DNA of 64,000 nt from Schizosaccharomyces osmophilus (lineage: Eukaryota): NCBI RefSeq assembly GCF_027921745.1, contig NC_079239.1, forward strand, positions 2,666,001 through 2,730,000. The letters are read 5' to 3'. Every line of letters starts with the position of its first letter. Position 1 is the stretch's first letter. Under the pieces are notes generated by a model. The model saw nothing but the letters and a program-made list of their open reading frames with translations, had not been told where the DNA came from and searched no databases. Both the position numbers and the translations under genes were made by a program. Positions 61,415-64,000 of the stretch are shown in pieces.

Positions 61415-63685
61415 GATGAAAAAAGATAATTCGTGAATAGAGGGAGGATGATTATTAGAGATGCAAAAAGAAAAATGAAAATATGCGAATCAAAAACTTT
61501 TGAAGAATTGGATAAATAAAGGATTGAAAATAGGGATCAACAAGATAACAGTTCAATCGTAAACAACGGGTATGCTTATAACAGATGAAATAGAAAAGGA
61601 AATTTTACCAAGGAAGGGAAAATAATGCAAATGAGAAAATGAGAAAATAAAATAATAACAAGATCTGAATCAAGGAATGATCAAGAAAGACTTGAATGCG
61701 TTTTCAAACAACTAAAGAGAAGGATGAATTGGATGGTTTCCATAGAGGGAAATTGAGTCCTATTTATACCCCAAAAAATAGGCCAAGCCCGTGTCTATCG
61801 GAGTCTTTTCCGGAATCATCGAATGACAAACTCTAACAATTGTCGTAAGCTTTCCCCTCTTTGAAACGTCTTCACCTCGTGATCCATCATTTTCTCAAGT
61901 TGCTACAGGTTGCTAGAGAAGTAAACAAACTGTATGCGCAATTCTGCCGGGTGGATGCTGTCCTCTATGTCACTTGTTATAGCCGAACAATTAACTTTTC
62001 TCATGGATGACGAAGTGAACTAATATAGACAAATATAAACAAACATGAGGAAAAGAAGGGAAAAGAAAGAGGGTTTACTTTTTCTATCTTTTTTCATTTC
62101 AAAAGCAATTTTTGTTTTTACCGTTTCGTTTCATCGTTTGTTCTCGGCTTTCTGGGAAACTTCAATTGCATTGCTTATGTCAACAAAAAAACAGCACCAC
62201 ATCTGTTCATTACGTTGCCAGATGAATTTGCCAACAATTCGTTACAACGTCGAGGGGATAACGCTGGCAAATCTCGGAGAAAACAAACGCAAGAAGCGAT
62301 TATATTCATAGGAAAGATTCCCATCTCGTTTGTGTTTATTTTCCTATGCTGTTTTTAAAGACAAAAGGCCATTCTTCTCCTTCATCTACCTTGAGAAACA
62401 TCTTTTTCTCTCTCCTACATCCATAGTGGAATTGCAATTGCCTTTTCTTTTGCTATTGCTATTGTTATTCTTCATCGGAGTTCCAACCCGGTAAAGTCAC
62501 GGACGTTTCGGTCATATTGATATCAGTTCTCCTCTTTTTTCGGAATTAAAACTTCCGTGTTATTTCAATTTCGGTGAAAATTTCTATGAAAACCGGATGC
62601 AAGAAGTCACCGATGTTTCCGAATGTCCGGACATAGACACAGATACCCATAGCAAAGATAAACAAACATTCCTTGGTGGGGGTGGATCGGTGTTTGCAGT
62701 ATGGATAGAAACTGATTCTAAATGGGGGCACGAGGAATGTTTCAGTACGGAGCTTTTTAAGGAGGAAGTGGGGTAGACTAGAGTGGGGGATAGAAGAAAA
62801 CGAAATGGGTTCTACTTGGAAGGAAAGAAGGATGCAAATTTAAAAACTTCCAATAGAGCTTTTTCTTCGAAAACAAAAAAATAAAGCAAAGGAAAGAAAA
62901 GAAAAGATAAAACAATTTTAGAATTTGACGAAAAAATTGCATCGTTTATACGAATGGTTCATATCTGCTAGCGTCCATTCCAACTATTGTTTTTGACAGC
63001 CATTCATGCAACTCCTAAAAGATGAAACTTTTCCAGCCATTGACGAATTATCTATCGAAAACGATTGATTTTGTTGTTATTGAAGAGGAAAAAGAAGTTC
63101 TGTCTATGAATCAATGCTTTTTCTAGTACCCTCAAAATACCCCACGGTTATATCAAGCGAATCCTAGCTAAATATGACAAAAAAAATGCTCAGAGACTTT
63201 GTTCCTGTATCCATAATAATTGTTCGATTTTGCAAAAAGAAGCGACAAATCTGAATCGACTTGACGCATCGCAAAAACGTTACCTTTCTTTTTTCTCGTA
63301 CACGCTGAATGCCTTGCAGTCACCCCTTCTCCGTGATCTCCTTTCAATTTGTAGTATGCAAGTTTGACGGCTTGGCTGATAAGTCTGTTCTCCTTGCAGG
63401 AATTCTCCATAAAAAGAATAGCATGCTGCTTTGGTAAAACCATGTCGATTTGTTTACACATACGTCATTTCTCTTTCCCAAAAAATATTGGTAAGCGATA
63501 CTTTATTCCTTTGATGCTGCAGAGTTCACCGAAAAGAAAAGCAAATTCGTTTGCTTTCATGCTACCATGGAATGTGGCATCTTCTTTTCAAATTATTCTA
63601 TTCCATTCTATTAGAAATATTTTCTAGCAGAAATCAGTACTTGAAGGATTGTTTGTTGTATTAAGCAGCTTACAAACGCCAAACT

Positions 63686-64000
63686 TGTCATTTGTGTCAA
63701 TCAGCAATATTCTGGTATAATATTACAAAAGGTTTTGTTGTCAATGTCACTGTCAAGGCCGAGATATTGTATTATAATAATACAAGAGAGTTCGTATAAT
63801 CTTATTAGAAAAGGAACAACGTTACCTCGTAGAGGATATAAATATACCAAACTTGAAAAGTACGAATCTTCAGATAGGAAGATTCGACGGATCTGGCCTA
63901 ATAAAATTAGTGTCGTTTATTAAGCTAATCTAGTCAGTGGACTCTGAAAATACTTATAGTTAACTAAGTAGAGCCCAATTTATACAAATACAACTTTTAC
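63686..64000 (+). mobile_element. Third, divergent LTR running off the window end
   Basis: TATAAATATA followed by CGAATCTTCAGATAGGAAGATTCGAC and AATAAA with the same spacing as the other LTRs; several candidate TGTCA starts (63686, 63695, 63739-63751), so the left end is approximate. Confidence 0.7.

Noticed and set aside
61500..63680. Short ORFs upstream of the But2 gene
   Set aside because: Low complexity, no motifs or consistent splice structure; treated as promoter/UTR.
1..64000. tRNA, rRNA or CRISPR arrays
   Set aside because: None recognised by eye; this is eukaryotic DNA and the repeats lack a repeat-spacer structure. tRNAscan-SE/Infernal would confirm.

Overview
Fission-yeast (Schizosaccharomyces, non-pombe; probably the octosporus/cryophilus/osmophilus clade) euchromatic DNA with short GT-AG introns. 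It holds about 24 protein-coding genes in two blocks that follow the S. pombe gene order as I recall it. Block 1: ini1, sec73, ltc2-like, ymr1, erg5, vps27/sst4, pbr1, imp4. Block 2: sam50, pmc3, tif471, lys7, nuc2, slc1, ckb1, ric1, a GRIP golgin, mei2, omt2, apc14, etf1, smd1, mtl16 and a But2-family gene. At the junction sits a 65-aa spliced Hva1/Tudor-like microgene that the ORF track misses. Between mtl16 and the But2 gene lies a decayed Tf1-like Ty3/gypsy chromovirus (about 54946-59710). It has a mutated RT catalytic Asp, a broken integrase tail and a truncated 3' LTR abutting an inverted LTR of a sister subfamily; a third LTR begins near the window end. The best signal is a Tf1-type self-priming PBS whose primer sequence lies inside a hairpin conserved with compensatory changes in all three LTRs. 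Gene names come from recognising the translated sequences, not from database searches.
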